NCBI GenBank assembly: GCA_012838995.1
Contig: DUOD01000063.1
Coordinates: forward strand, 1,383 to 65,382
From: Clostridiales bacterium
GTDB lineage: Bacteria; Bacillota; Clostridia; DUOD01
Direction: 5' to 3'
DNA: 64,000 nt
Below, one piece after another: positions 32,729 through 41,315 of the stretch. The stretch's first letter is position 1. Each line of letters opens with the position of its first letter. Under the pieces are notes generated by a model. It was not told the origin of the DNA. It did not search any database and saw only the letters and a list, made by a program, of their open reading frames with translations. A program made the translations under genes and the position numbers.

Positions 32729-33544
32729 TTAAACCCACCGGCTGGGGCTAATTTTAACGATTTTTTTGTCCTCATCAACCTCATCCAATACCATCAAAGA
32801 AATATAATTATCAACTAACTTTTGCTCAGGCTCCTTGGTGGCAATCAAAACACCTATTCCTTTAAGGGAAATATTAAATTCTCCCAATAATTCAATAATG
32901 CCCTTGGCACTGCCCCCTCCCCTCATAAAATCGTCGATGATTAGGGCACTGCTACCGTTCTTAACCGCCCTCCTTGACAGAGACATGGTTTGTATCCTTT
33001 TATTATATCCCGATACATAGTTTATACTCACCGATGAACCCTCAGTAACCTTGCTATCCCGCCGGGCGATGACCAGCGGTTTGTTCAATGCCCGGGCGGT
33101 CATCAATGCTACTGGGATGCCCTTGGTTTCAACGGTAATCACAAAGTCTATTTCATGTTCAACAAAATATCCCGCCAGGATACACCCAATTCTCTCCACT
33201 ATATGGGGCATATATATTATATCCGTCATATACAAAAAACCGCCGGGAATTAGCCGATGCTTTTCCGATAACTTGTCACACAATTCTTTTACAAATTCAT
33301 ATCTATTCCGACGGGATATTTCCGGGAAATATCTTATACCGCCCGAAGCACCGGCAATGGAATCCACGCTTCCCAAGTCATAATTTTCCATAATATCCCT
33401 AATTATTGCAATGTCTTCACATATGGTTGATTTGGCAGTACCGAATAATTCAGAAAAATAATTTAGCGTGAAAATTTTATTAGGCCTCTGGGATAATATA
33501 CTTACTATGGCACCTATACGCTCATTTCTTTTTATCCTAGACAC
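32729..33544 (-). CDS. purR: Pur operon repressor PurR
   Basis: N-terminal winged helix plus PRT-fold with PRPP-binding motif ALIIDDFMRGGGS. Confidence 0.92.
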   Translation of the reverse strand: MSRIKRNERIGAIVSILSQRPNKIFTLNYFSELFGTAKSTICEDIAIIRDIMENYDLGSVDSIAGASGGIRYFPEISRRNRYEFVKELCDKLSEKHRLIPGGFLYMTDIIYMPHIVERIGCILAGYFVEHEIDFVITVETKGIPVALMTARALNKPLVIARRDSKVTEGSSVSINYVSGYNKRIQTMSLSRRAVKNGSSALIIDDFMRGGGSAKGIIELLGEFNISLKGIGVLIATKEPEQKLVDNYISLMVLDEVDEDKKIVKISPSRWV

Positions 33545-33830
33545 AATATTCCTCCTAAAAATCCGAATATTCTTTTAATTATTTATATTTTAATTCACTT
33601 TTAGGATAATTTCCATATAAACATGATTTTTTGTTTGAATTTTAGTATTATATTCCACGGTAGAAATATACTTAGTATATGGAAATAATATTTGCAACTA
33701 TAAATTATCGTTATGAATTTAAAAAATATGTTATAATCTATGTGTCTAATTTTATATTCTATAACATTGTATATTACTGGATATAATACAATATAATCTT
33801 TATTGTTTAACAGAGTTGGGAGTTGTAACA

Positions 33831-35264
33831 ATGGACCTTACCAAATTTTTAAAAGCCGAAGCACCCGTTCATTTTATAGGAATAGGCGGTATAGGTATGA
33901 GCGCCCTGGCTGAAATACTTTTTAGTCAAGGGTATAAAATAACGGGTTCGGATATAAGAGAATCAACCATCACCGGTAGACTGCAACAAAAAGGTATAAA
34001 GGTATACATAGGCCACGATGAAAACAATGTGGACCATGCAGGCCTGGTGGTATATACAGCCGCCATAAGGAATGATAACCCCGAACTGGTGAAGGCAAAG
34101 GCCATGGGGATACCTTTGATGGACAGGGCAACGCTGTTGGGCCTTATAATGAAACAGTACAAGTACGCCATTGCAGTATCCGGGTCCCATGGAAAAACCA
34201 CCACCACCTCACTGCTTTCCATAATATTAAAGGATGCAGCGCTGGACCCGACGGTGCTAATAGGGGGCGAGGTGGATGCCATCGGCGGTAATGTCAGGGT
34301 GGGCAAAAGCCCTTATTTTATTACAGAGGCCTGTGAATACGTGGAAAGTTTCCTTAAATTCTTTCCATACATAGGCATTATATTAAACATCGATGCTGAT
34401 CACCTTGATTATTTCAGCAACATAGACCATGTGGCCAATGCTTTTTTAAAATTTGCCAAGCTGATACCTCAAGAAGGTTATGCGGTGATTTGCTATGATG
34501 ATACAAAGGCCGCACATATCGCCGATAAAATAACGTGTAATGTAATAACCTATGGCATAAATAATAATTGTAAATGGACGGCCAAAAATATAACCTTTGA
34601 CGATAGGGGTAACAGTACATACGATCTTTACCATGAGGGATGTTTTGTAGATAAAATATTTTTAAAGATTCCGGGAACCTATAATATTTATAATTCTTTG
34701 GCGGCCATAGCGGTGGCCAGGATATTTGACATCGATTTTTCGTGTATCAAAAAAAGCCTGTTATCCTTTAACGGTACCCATAGGCGGTTTGAGCTCAAGG
34801 GCAGCATCAACGGTATAGCCGTTATAGACGACTATGCCCACCATCCCACCGAAATCAGGGCAACCCTGGAAGCCGCTAAAAAGCTTAAGACCAACAAAAT
34901 ATGGTGTATATTTCAGCCCCATACATATACCCGCACCCAAAAACTTTTCAATGAATTTGCAACAGCCTTCGGCAACGCCGACAAGGTTGTAGTCGCCGAT
35001 ATATACGCAGCACGGGAAAAAAACCCCGGAACGGTAAATTTAAATGAGCTGGCCGATTTAATAAGCAAGAACGGCACCCCGGCGATATATATAAACTCCT
35101 TTGAGGAGATAGAGGACTATATAACAAAGGAAATGGAACCCGGGGATTTAATATTGACCGTAGGGGCAGGGGATATTTACCGGGTGGGTGAGGGTATATT
35201 GAACAGCCAAAGCAAGGGCGAACAGAAAATCCATAGACTGCCCACAAAGGTATTAAAAAAGTAG
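33831..35264 (+). CDS. murC: UDP-N-acetylmuramate--L-alanine ligase (start at MDLTKF; SD GGGAG 8 nt upstream)
   Basis: HFIGIGGIGMSALA, GSHGKTTTTS, DDYAHHP Mur ligase motifs. Confidence 0.92.
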   Translation: MDLTKFLKAEAPVHFIGIGGIGMSALAEILFSQGYKITGSDIRESTITGRLQQKGIKVYIGHDENNVDHAGLVVYTAAIRNDNPELVKAKAMGIPLMDRATLLGLIMKQYKYAIAVSGSHGKTTTTSLLSIILKDAALDPTVLIGGEVDAIGGNVRVGKSPYFITEACEYVESFLKFFPYIGIILNIDADHLDYFSNIDHVANAFLKFAKLIPQEGYAVICYDDTKAAHIADKITCNVITYGINNNCKWTAKNITFDDRGNSTYDLYHEGCFVDKIFLKIPGTYNIYNSLAAIAVARIFDIDFSCIKKSLLSFNGTHRRFELKGSINGIAVIDDYAHHPTEIRATLEAAKKLKTNKIWCIFQPHTYTRTQKLFNEFATAFGNADKVVVADIYAAREKNPGTVNLNELADLISKNGTPAIYINSFEEIEDYITKEMEPGDLILTVGAGDIYRVGEGILNSQSKGEQKIHRLPTKVLKK

Positions 35265-35280
35265 CCTAGGCTACTTTTTT
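35255..35280. terminator. Bidirectional terminator: perfect 14-bp palindrome gtagcctaggctac flanked by A6 and T6, overlapping the murC stop codon and abutting the stop of the convergent gene
   Basis: Read from the sequence. Confidence 0.6.
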
Positions 35281-36190
35281 AATACCTTCCGTAAACTGCC
35301 CTTAAGATGTACCTTGAAAGGAACAACATGCTTAATGTGCCCAAGGTGGTATGGATACCCGATATAATCCTGTATAAAGACCAGGGTTCCCGGGAAAGGC
35401 CGGGAAAATTGCCGGTGATAAATGGATAAAATGTAAATCCGTAAATAATGGTTATGGCTATGAAAATAACCGTCCATTTAAAGGGCGAGCCATTGGCTTC
35501 GGCTCCTCCCCTAATAATCCACATTTCCTCATTTATTCCGTCAGCGGTAAAATATCTGTCCTTGAGTTGTTCTATCATCTTTTTGCTCTTTTCAAAATTG
35601 GCATAACCCGACACGGTGACCAATTCTTCCACAAAGCTGAAGAATAGGGTTTCGTCAATGGAAGCCCCCAGTATATAATCCTCCAGCCTGTCCACATTAT
35701 ATTTGTCATTGTAACCGTTCTTAACCAGCTGGGTTTTCAATTGGTTGATGTAATCCTTATTTTGGGCACCGGGGGAGTTAACGGCTCCGCATAATACGGA
35801 TACGTCATAAAGCTTGTCCAACAGCTCCACACGCTCTTCCACCGAATCGGAATGGGAAATTGCCGTCAGTATCTCCCCATGCAATGTATTAATATTGGAA
35901 TTGTCATTTTCCTTGAGCAAGGATATAAATCCGGGTTTTGCCTTCCTAAGTTTTTTTCTGGCATCATCCACCTTGGAAAAAGCAAATATATTGCCCACCA
36001 CCAATATGCCCAATACGGCTGCCGATGAAATGGATATTATTCCTATCAATGGTTGTAAAGCTTTCATTTCAACGACGGGTAAAATAAAATACCACCATGC
36101 CGCCAAAAATATTATCACCAGAATTAAAACGATTATAAATGCACTGCCAAAGGTAGCATAAGATAACTTCCTGTTTACAATGGCCCTCAT
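35279..36190 (-). CDS. Hypothetical membrane protein (303 aa; 2 N-terminal and 2 C-terminal TMs flanking a ~200-aa soluble domain)
   Basis: ORF plus hydropathy; no family recognised. Confidence 0.55.
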   Translation of the reverse strand: MRAIVNRKLSYATFGSAFIIVLILVIIFLAAWWYFILPVVEMKALQPLIGIISISSAAVLGILVVGNIFAFSKVDDARKKLRKAKPGFISLLKENDNSNINTLHGEILTAISHSDSVEERVELLDKLYDVSVLCGAVNSPGAQNKDYINQLKTQLVKNGYNDKYNVDRLEDYILGASIDETLFFSFVEELVTVSGYANFEKSKKMIEQLKDRYFTADGINEEMWIIRGGAEANGSPFKWTVIFIAITIIYGFTFYPFITGNFPGLSREPWSLYRIISGIHTTLGTLSMLFLSRYILRAVYGRY

Positions 36191-36259
36191 ACACTCCTTC
36201 CCCCTCCACTTGATTTATATTACTATTCTATGAATATAAGGGAAATCCTCCTAAATTTG

Positions 36260-36526
36260 CTATAATTTATCTATATTTCCCTGCCTGTGTTTGCTTGTAC
36301 GATTAATGAATAATGACGCCCACAGCGCTGTTATGGTTATGGCCATTGTTAACCCTATACTACCCGCCAAGGACCTTACTATTTCCATGGCCACCAAATC
36401 CAAATTCAGTATTCTCAATAGGGAATTGTCATAGGCCATGAAAAGTAATAAAAGGGGTATGGTACTACCTGCATATGCCAAGATAAGGGTATTTGACATC
36501 ACCCCTTCCCGCTTCAATATTTTCAA
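36260..36526 (-). CDS. Small two-TM ORF (88 aa), possibly the C-terminal remnant of a larger membrane protein gene
   Basis: ORF only; weak. Confidence 0.3.
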   Translation of the reverse strand: MKILKREGVMSNTLILAYAGSTIPLLLLFMAYDNSLLRILNLDLVAMEIVRSLAGSIGLTMAITITALWASLFINRTSKHRQGNIDKL

Positions 36527-36536
36527 CCGGCCACAA

Positions 36537-36575
36537 GCAAAAAAGATTTCCCATTCTGTAGGGAAACCTTTTATC
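36537..36575 (-). terminator. Terminator hairpin (ggtttccc...gggaaatc plus T6) downstream of the Cys-rich gene
   Basis: Read from the sequence. Confidence 0.5.
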
Positions 36576-36637
36576 CGTTCATGATATCAAAGGACAGCAA
36601 GTGACATATATGTTGGTGAAAAGCTTAAAAATGTTTA

Positions 36638-36889
36638 TCAGATATTTATCTTTTTTATTGTAACCCTGTCTTCTATACCGCAATTACTGCATCTGTACAA
36701 ATGGACACAGGCCTGTTCACAAACTTGCTGATATTCAACGGGTAGATTTACGGTATCTTGCTCCTGATAGGGACTGTAAGGCCCAAAAAAATCCTGCAAC
36801 GCCCCCATTTCTTTCATGTAACTTCCACACCGGGGACAAAAGCTTTGGTGCTCTTCAAGACCGTTACATACCGGACAAATTGTATCCAT
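36638..36889 (-). CDS. Small cysteine-rich protein (83 aa) with two CxxC-containing zinc-ribbon-like clusters
   Basis: CPVCNG...CPRCG and C..C....CSNCG; own TTGACG-N17-TATGTT promoter and terminator. Confidence 0.5.
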   Translation of the reverse strand: MDTICPVCNGLEEHQSFCPRCGSYMKEMGALQDFFGPYSPYQEQDTVNLPVEYQQVCEQACVHLYRCSNCGIEDRVTIKKINI

Positions 36890-37029
36890 ATGCCCACCCT
36901 ACTTCCTTTGTTTTTTCATACCTTATAGTGCCCTTTTTTTAACATATAAAACCGCCGGTTTTCCGTCAAAAAATGGATATATTCCCGGCAAACCTTTTTT
37001 ATAAAAATTCCGGTCGAGGACACATAACA

Positions 37030-37053
37030 AAAGGGCCAAAATATTGGCCCTTT
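37030..37053 (-). terminator. Terminator hairpin (aaagggccaa/ttggcccttt) downstream of the LysM hydrolase gene
   Basis: Read from the sequence. Confidence 0.5.
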
Positions 37054-37087
37054 CGCCGTGCTGGAAATGCTTTAACTGTTCAATTCT

Positions 37088-38341
37088 TTAATAACCTGCA
37101 GCTTTCCTCACCATAGTCTGATGCTGGCTGTCTACTTTATTGGTATTGTGAGTTCGACTGTTTAAAAAGTGTATGTCAAAATGACCGTTGAAATTGTTGT
37201 CGGTTATATACTCAATGTCGTGGGGCATGGAAGTGGCAGATGCCGCAATCTTTCTATTGCCTACAAACACTACCACCGCCCGTCTTTCCCAGCTCCATTT
37301 ATTGCCCCAGATTTTGTACATTATGGCAGTATCCTGGGCAGTTAACGGTTCCGCGTCCGCATGGGACGCTCCGATGGTACGCTTGGCTTTAAAACTCAAT
37401 CCGGTGTCCAGGTCCACAATTGTAGCAACACATCCTATGGGAAAGAGATATTGGGCGCCTGTCCACCAGTCGAGGTATTCACCAAACTTTTCACCCTTTC
37501 TGGGCAATTCGGGTATATTATATACGGGTATTTTAAGTTCTTGACCCACATATAATACACTGTTCTGGGAAAGGTTGTTCAGCTCGAGGATTTCCGCCAT
37601 GGGTATTCCGTATTTAATACTTAAATCCCAGGCATTATCCCCCGGTTTTACCTTATGTATAATATAAGTTTTTGTAGCTGAACCTCCCCCCGGTGATGAG
37701 CTTGATTGTCCGGGGATTATTAAGCGATCGCCCACATATAATATGGAATTGGCCGTTTTATTGTTGGCCTTCATTATATCCGCCATGGGGACGTTGTACC
37801 GCTGACTCAGCTTCCAAAAGGTATCCCCGGGCTGTACTACATGAACCCTTTGCCCTGTCCCAACACCTCCGCCATTATTGGATGATGATTTCAGCGGTAT
37901 AATCAGCTTTTCACCAACGTAGATTATGGAAGACTCCGTCTTGTTATTGGCGCTGATTATATCCGCCATGGGAACGTTATACTGCTGACTCAGCTTCCAA
38001 AAGGTGTCCCCGGCTTTGACAATATGGACCTTGATTTGGCCGGACATTAATTCATTCATTTTCGCCCGGGTAATGGGTCCTATATTGCCCGTGGTACTAA
38101 TGCCATAATCCCTTTGGAAATCCATTACCGCTTTTTTTATGATAGGTCCGAAATAGCCCGTGGAATTTGCTTTAAAGTAACCCAAACTTTTCAGCAAATC
38201 CTGGGCCTGACGGACATCCTCACCGCTCATACCCTCAACCAAGTTCCTGTTGAGGGCGGCTTGAGCCATGCCGGTTGTTGTCCCTAGCAACAGCAAAACA
38301 ACAACCACAAATACAGTAACCCTTAACACCCTTTTCTTCAA
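37088..38341 (-). CDS. Secreted cell-wall-binding protein / putative hydrolase: signal peptide, PG_binding_1 domain, three LysM domains and a ~150-aa C-terminal domain of unclear family. Start is TTG at 38341 with SD ggagagaggag; the ORF-track N-terminal extension is the riboswitch read as protein
   Basis: LysM repeats (HIVKAGDTFWKLSQQYNVPMADII x3), PG-binding motif, signal peptide KKRVLRVTVFVVVVLLLLG. Confidence 0.8.
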   Translation of the reverse strand: MKKRVLRVTVFVVVVLLLLGTTTGMAQAALNRNLVEGMSGEDVRQAQDLLKSLGYFKANSTGYFGPIIKKAVMDFQRDYGISTTGNIGPITRAKMNELMSGQIKVHIVKAGDTFWKLSQQYNVPMADIISANNKTESSIIYVGEKLIIPLKSSSNNGGGVGTGQRVHVVQPGDTFWKLSQRYNVPMADIMKANNKTANSILYVGDRLIIPGQSSSSPGGGSATKTYIIHKVKPGDNAWDLSIKYGIPMAEILELNNLSQNSVLYVGQELKIPVYNIPELPRKGEKFGEYLDWWTGAQYLFPIGCVATIVDLDTGLSFKAKRTIGASHADAEPLTAQDTAIMYKIWGNKWSWERRAVVVFVGNRKIAASATSMPHDIEYITDNNFNGHFDIHFLNSRTHNTNKVDSQHQTMVRKAAGY

Positions 38342-38478
38342 TTTTGATCTCCTCTCTCCTTGGCCTACGGGGTTAGTTGACGGATTCGGGTAGAGAGTGT
38401 ACCCTACTGCAAAAGCAGATTCACCCCAAATTTTTTCCCCCGTTTTCATATTTTGAAATTCGGCACCCAGCACGGTAC
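38342..38478 (-). ncRNA. c-di-AMP riboswitch (ydaO/kimA class, RF00379-like) in the 5' leader of the LysM hydrolase gene
   Basis: Minus-strand leader contains GCCGAA, ACGGGGGA, GGGGUGAAUC, ACCCGAAUCCG, CUAACC, CGUAGGC blocks in the order characteristic of the ydaO motif; 3' CUCUCUACC can pair with the SD GGAGAGAGG. Confidence 0.7.
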
Positions 38479-38559
38479 TTTTAGTATAATATAGCAAGGG
38501 TCAATAATACAGCTGTATTTTGTGGTAACTTTGTTTACATATTCCAATAGCGGACATGT

Positions 38560-38820
38560 TTACCTAATGCCGTCTATCATATACAAAATCTCATCTTCCG
38601 AATTTTCATTCCTACTTACCATAAATACAAAGTTGTTATTGCCGCCGGCAAACAATTGGTTGGCGCATAAAGTACTAACACCAATCATCGCAGAGGGTAA
38701 ATATAAGATATCATCGATTATCTCCCGGGTATTATCCATATCCACCACCCTATAACCTTTGCCGGTTAATCTATTACCAATATGCCCCGGTCCCTTCTGT
38801 ACAGCAATGACTTTTGTCAA
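38560..38820 (-). CDS. Small protein (86 aa), YkuS/UPF0180-like; TTG start
   Basis: Weak similarity by eye to B. subtilis YkuS (KIAV..G, GY.VV pattern); 33 nt downstream of the rSAM gene. Confidence 0.45.
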   Translation of the reverse strand: MTKVIAVQKGPGHIGNRLTGKGYRVVDMDNTREIIDDILYLPSAMIGVSTLCANQLFAGGNNNFVFMVSRNENSEDEILYMIDGIR

Positions 38821-38853
38821 TGTAAGTCATCCCTTTCCTATACCCATACTGTC

Positions 38854-40635
38854 TCACTTATTATTCCCCTTTCCTTTTGTGCTGTTATGGAATATAAAAC
38901 AGGCTTCTTTTGTTATGGGATGCTTTTTGCTGTAATCAAATATTATGTAAAGTTTCCTTTTGACGGGTGAGCTTTTTATGTCTTTAAGGACTGCTGAAAT
39001 ATCATGGCTAAAAACCTTAATGGTTATATGTTTTTTTAATTGCTTCATTGACATAAGTTTTCCGTCCGAGTACCGGCGGCGGTCAAGACCGGTTTCCTTC
39101 AGGATCATGTTAAAGGTTTCCTTATCCACCGAATAGTCTTGCTTTAAACCCGGTATATTCCCTTCCATCCTGTAGTACAGGAAATACTGGAACAGCACCA
39201 TGTCTTGAAATAGTTCAACATCTTGGTTTATACAACGACGGTAAAATTCCATCAACAAATGATAAAGGGTATATTGGGAATGGTTTTTTAGCTGGTACCC
39301 CTGCCCGTACCAAAAATCCGAAAGCCGTTCAAAAAACTCAAAGGGCTGGGTGAAGTAGCGTTGTATAATAAAATCCAACACGTAATTAAACCTGCCGGAA
39401 TTATAGAATTTGTCCACCATATCCTCCACTTTTTTAAGCCTGAGTATTTCGGCATAGGATATGTAATTATTTTCAATCACCTGGTAGGGCGGTTTTTGGG
39501 AAAATACGTATCCATGGCGAAAAGCCTCTTCCCGTAAACCGCTTCCCTTAAGCAGTTTTAAAAAACCCAGATGAACCTTGTCCGGCTTTAAATTATAAGT
39601 AAAATTAAAGGATTCTTTAAAACGCCGGTAATCTTCCCAGGGCAGCCCGGCTATCAAATCCAAATACTGCCTTACCTTGCCTGTTTGCTTGACCCTTTTG
39701 ACCCTGTCCTCAATTTTGAGCAAATCGGTTGTCCTGTTTATTGCCTTTAATGTTTTACTTTTCGTGGATTGTATGCCTATTTCAAACTGGAACATACCTA
39801 CAGGGGCTGTCTTTAACAGTTCTATTGCATCATCCTCCAATAAATGAGCTGCCATTTCAAAATGAAATGACGTTTGACCCCCTCGGTTTATTATATGTTC
39901 AACTATGGATTTGAACCTTTGAGCATGGCAGTTAAAGGTCCTATCCACAAATTTAACCCGCTTCACTCCCCGCTCTATCATTAAATCCAAATCCTCCTTC
40001 ACCCTGTCCAAGGGGAAATATTTTACTCCCTGGGTTAAGGAAGACAGACAATACGAACAGTTGAACGGACAACCCCTGGAGCTTTCGTAATACAAAATCC
40101 TACTGTCTAAATTGTCAATATAATCATCCAGAAACTCAGGTACATCCTTGGTAAGATCAACCGACCGCGCCATGCCCCGGTCAATAATTCCATCCCCCTT
40201 CCTGTACACCAGCCCGCTTATATCATTTATATCACCCTGTCGGGTGCATATATATTCAACCAGCAAAGGAAAGGCCACTTCGCCCTCTCCCCTGATTACA
40301 AAATCAATTGCCGGCACTTCAGCCATTAACCGGCTTGTTTCATAGGATACCTCCGGCCCACCCAAAACAAATACCGTTTGTTTCATAACCTTTTTTAAAT
40401 CCGTTACTATTTCCAATACCTGCTCTATATTCCATATGTAGCAGGATAGGGCCATTATATCCGGCTTTTGTTCAAACAGCTGCCCCTTTATGAGATCAAG
40501 GCCGTCGTTTATTGTATACTCATGAATATCCACCCGAACACCGGGCACCCCATTACGGCAGCTGCTTTTTAAGTAGTACAACGCCAGGTTTGAGTGGATA
40601 TACTGGGAATTCAATCCGGCTAACAATATCTTCAT
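38854..40635 (-). CDS. B12-binding-domain radical SAM protein (class B rSAM, DUF4080-type C-terminus)
   Basis: N-terminal cobalamin-binding Rossmann-like region, CPFNCSYC (CxxxCxxC) radical SAM motif, 593 aa. Confidence 0.85.
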   Translation of the reverse strand: MKILLAGLNSQYIHSNLALYYLKSSCRNGVPGVRVDIHEYTINDGLDLIKGQLFEQKPDIMALSCYIWNIEQVLEIVTDLKKVMKQTVFVLGGPEVSYETSRLMAEVPAIDFVIRGEGEVAFPLLVEYICTRQGDINDISGLVYRKGDGIIDRGMARSVDLTKDVPEFLDDYIDNLDSRILYYESSRGCPFNCSYCLSSLTQGVKYFPLDRVKEDLDLMIERGVKRVKFVDRTFNCHAQRFKSIVEHIINRGGQTSFHFEMAAHLLEDDAIELLKTAPVGMFQFEIGIQSTKSKTLKAINRTTDLLKIEDRVKRVKQTGKVRQYLDLIAGLPWEDYRRFKESFNFTYNLKPDKVHLGFLKLLKGSGLREEAFRHGYVFSQKPPYQVIENNYISYAEILRLKKVEDMVDKFYNSGRFNYVLDFIIQRYFTQPFEFFERLSDFWYGQGYQLKNHSQYTLYHLLMEFYRRCINQDVELFQDMVLFQYFLYYRMEGNIPGLKQDYSVDKETFNMILKETGLDRRRYSDGKLMSMKQLKKHITIKVFSHDISAVLKDIKSSPVKRKLYIIFDYSKKHPITKEACFIFHNSTKGKGNNK

Positions 40636-40728
40636 AATTACACCTCTGGATAATTTCTTTCATTAACACATGCCCTTAAAAACTCATATTATATTATAGC
40701 CCATTATAAACTTTTATGGAGGAATAAC

Positions 40729-40956
40729 ATGAACAAACTGGCAGAACTTTTCAATGACGATTTATTCCAGCAAATGATAAAAAACAAAAAAGTCAGTCTT
40801 ATTGACATAATTTCCATTCTTTTATTCCTCAGCAGCCGAGGTATTGAATTTTCCCTTTCTTTCACACCGGCCAGCAATACCTCCTTTGCCCGCCTTACCG
40901 TCTCCTTCAATGTCAGTCCGGCGATTAGAGTTTCGCTTGCCTTTGAATTGATTTAA
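40729..40956 (+). CDS. Hypothetical 75-aa peptide divergent from the rSAM gene (SD ggagga 5 nt upstream of ATG)
   Basis: Good RBS; helical N-terminal part, one hydrophobic segment, Ser/Thr/Ala-rich C-terminal part. Confidence 0.35.
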   Translation: MNKLAELFNDDLFQQMIKNKKVSLIDIISILLFLSSRGIEFSLSFTPASNTSFARLTVSFNVSPAIRVSLAFELI

Positions 40957-41040
40957 AAAATTTTGCAACGAAAAATCCCATGGGATGTATAGAGGAGATT
41001 CCATCGTTTTTTTGGGTAACCGAAAGATTTAAAAAGTTTT

Positions 41041-41068
41041 TTGACAAGGGAAGCTTTAACAATATAGA
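41041..41068 (+). promoter_or_regulatory. Near-consensus sigma-A promoter (TTGACA-N16-TATAGA) reading into two tandem mini-ORFs and antisense to the lipoprotein gene 3' end
   Basis: Hexamers read from the sequence. Confidence 0.4.
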
Positions 41069-41315
41069 AGAGTTTTAAAGTGAAATGAAAGAAATGTATG
41101 GTTATGTCTAAACCAAAAAAATACCGTCCATCCCCTATGTTGGAGCTTAAAAGAATGTATGATTACGCCCAACCCCTCTTAAAAACAAAAAAGTGGTCAA
41201 ACCTGTGTTTTGCCCATTCCCCCATAGAAAATGCCCGGGTGAAAACCGCCAATGATTAAAACCAATCATGAATTATTACGGTATCCGTCGCCGGCATGAC
41301 AGTATAAATTCGTAC

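Noticed and set aside
33545-33815. 271-bp AT-rich region, possible mobile element or insertion scar
   Set aside because: It is simply the divergent purR/murC promoter region. No inverted repeats or transposase remnants were found.
40704-40910. 68-aa minus-strand ORF
   Set aside because: It overlaps the better-supported + strand 75-aa ORF and the rSAM promoter region, and has no SD.
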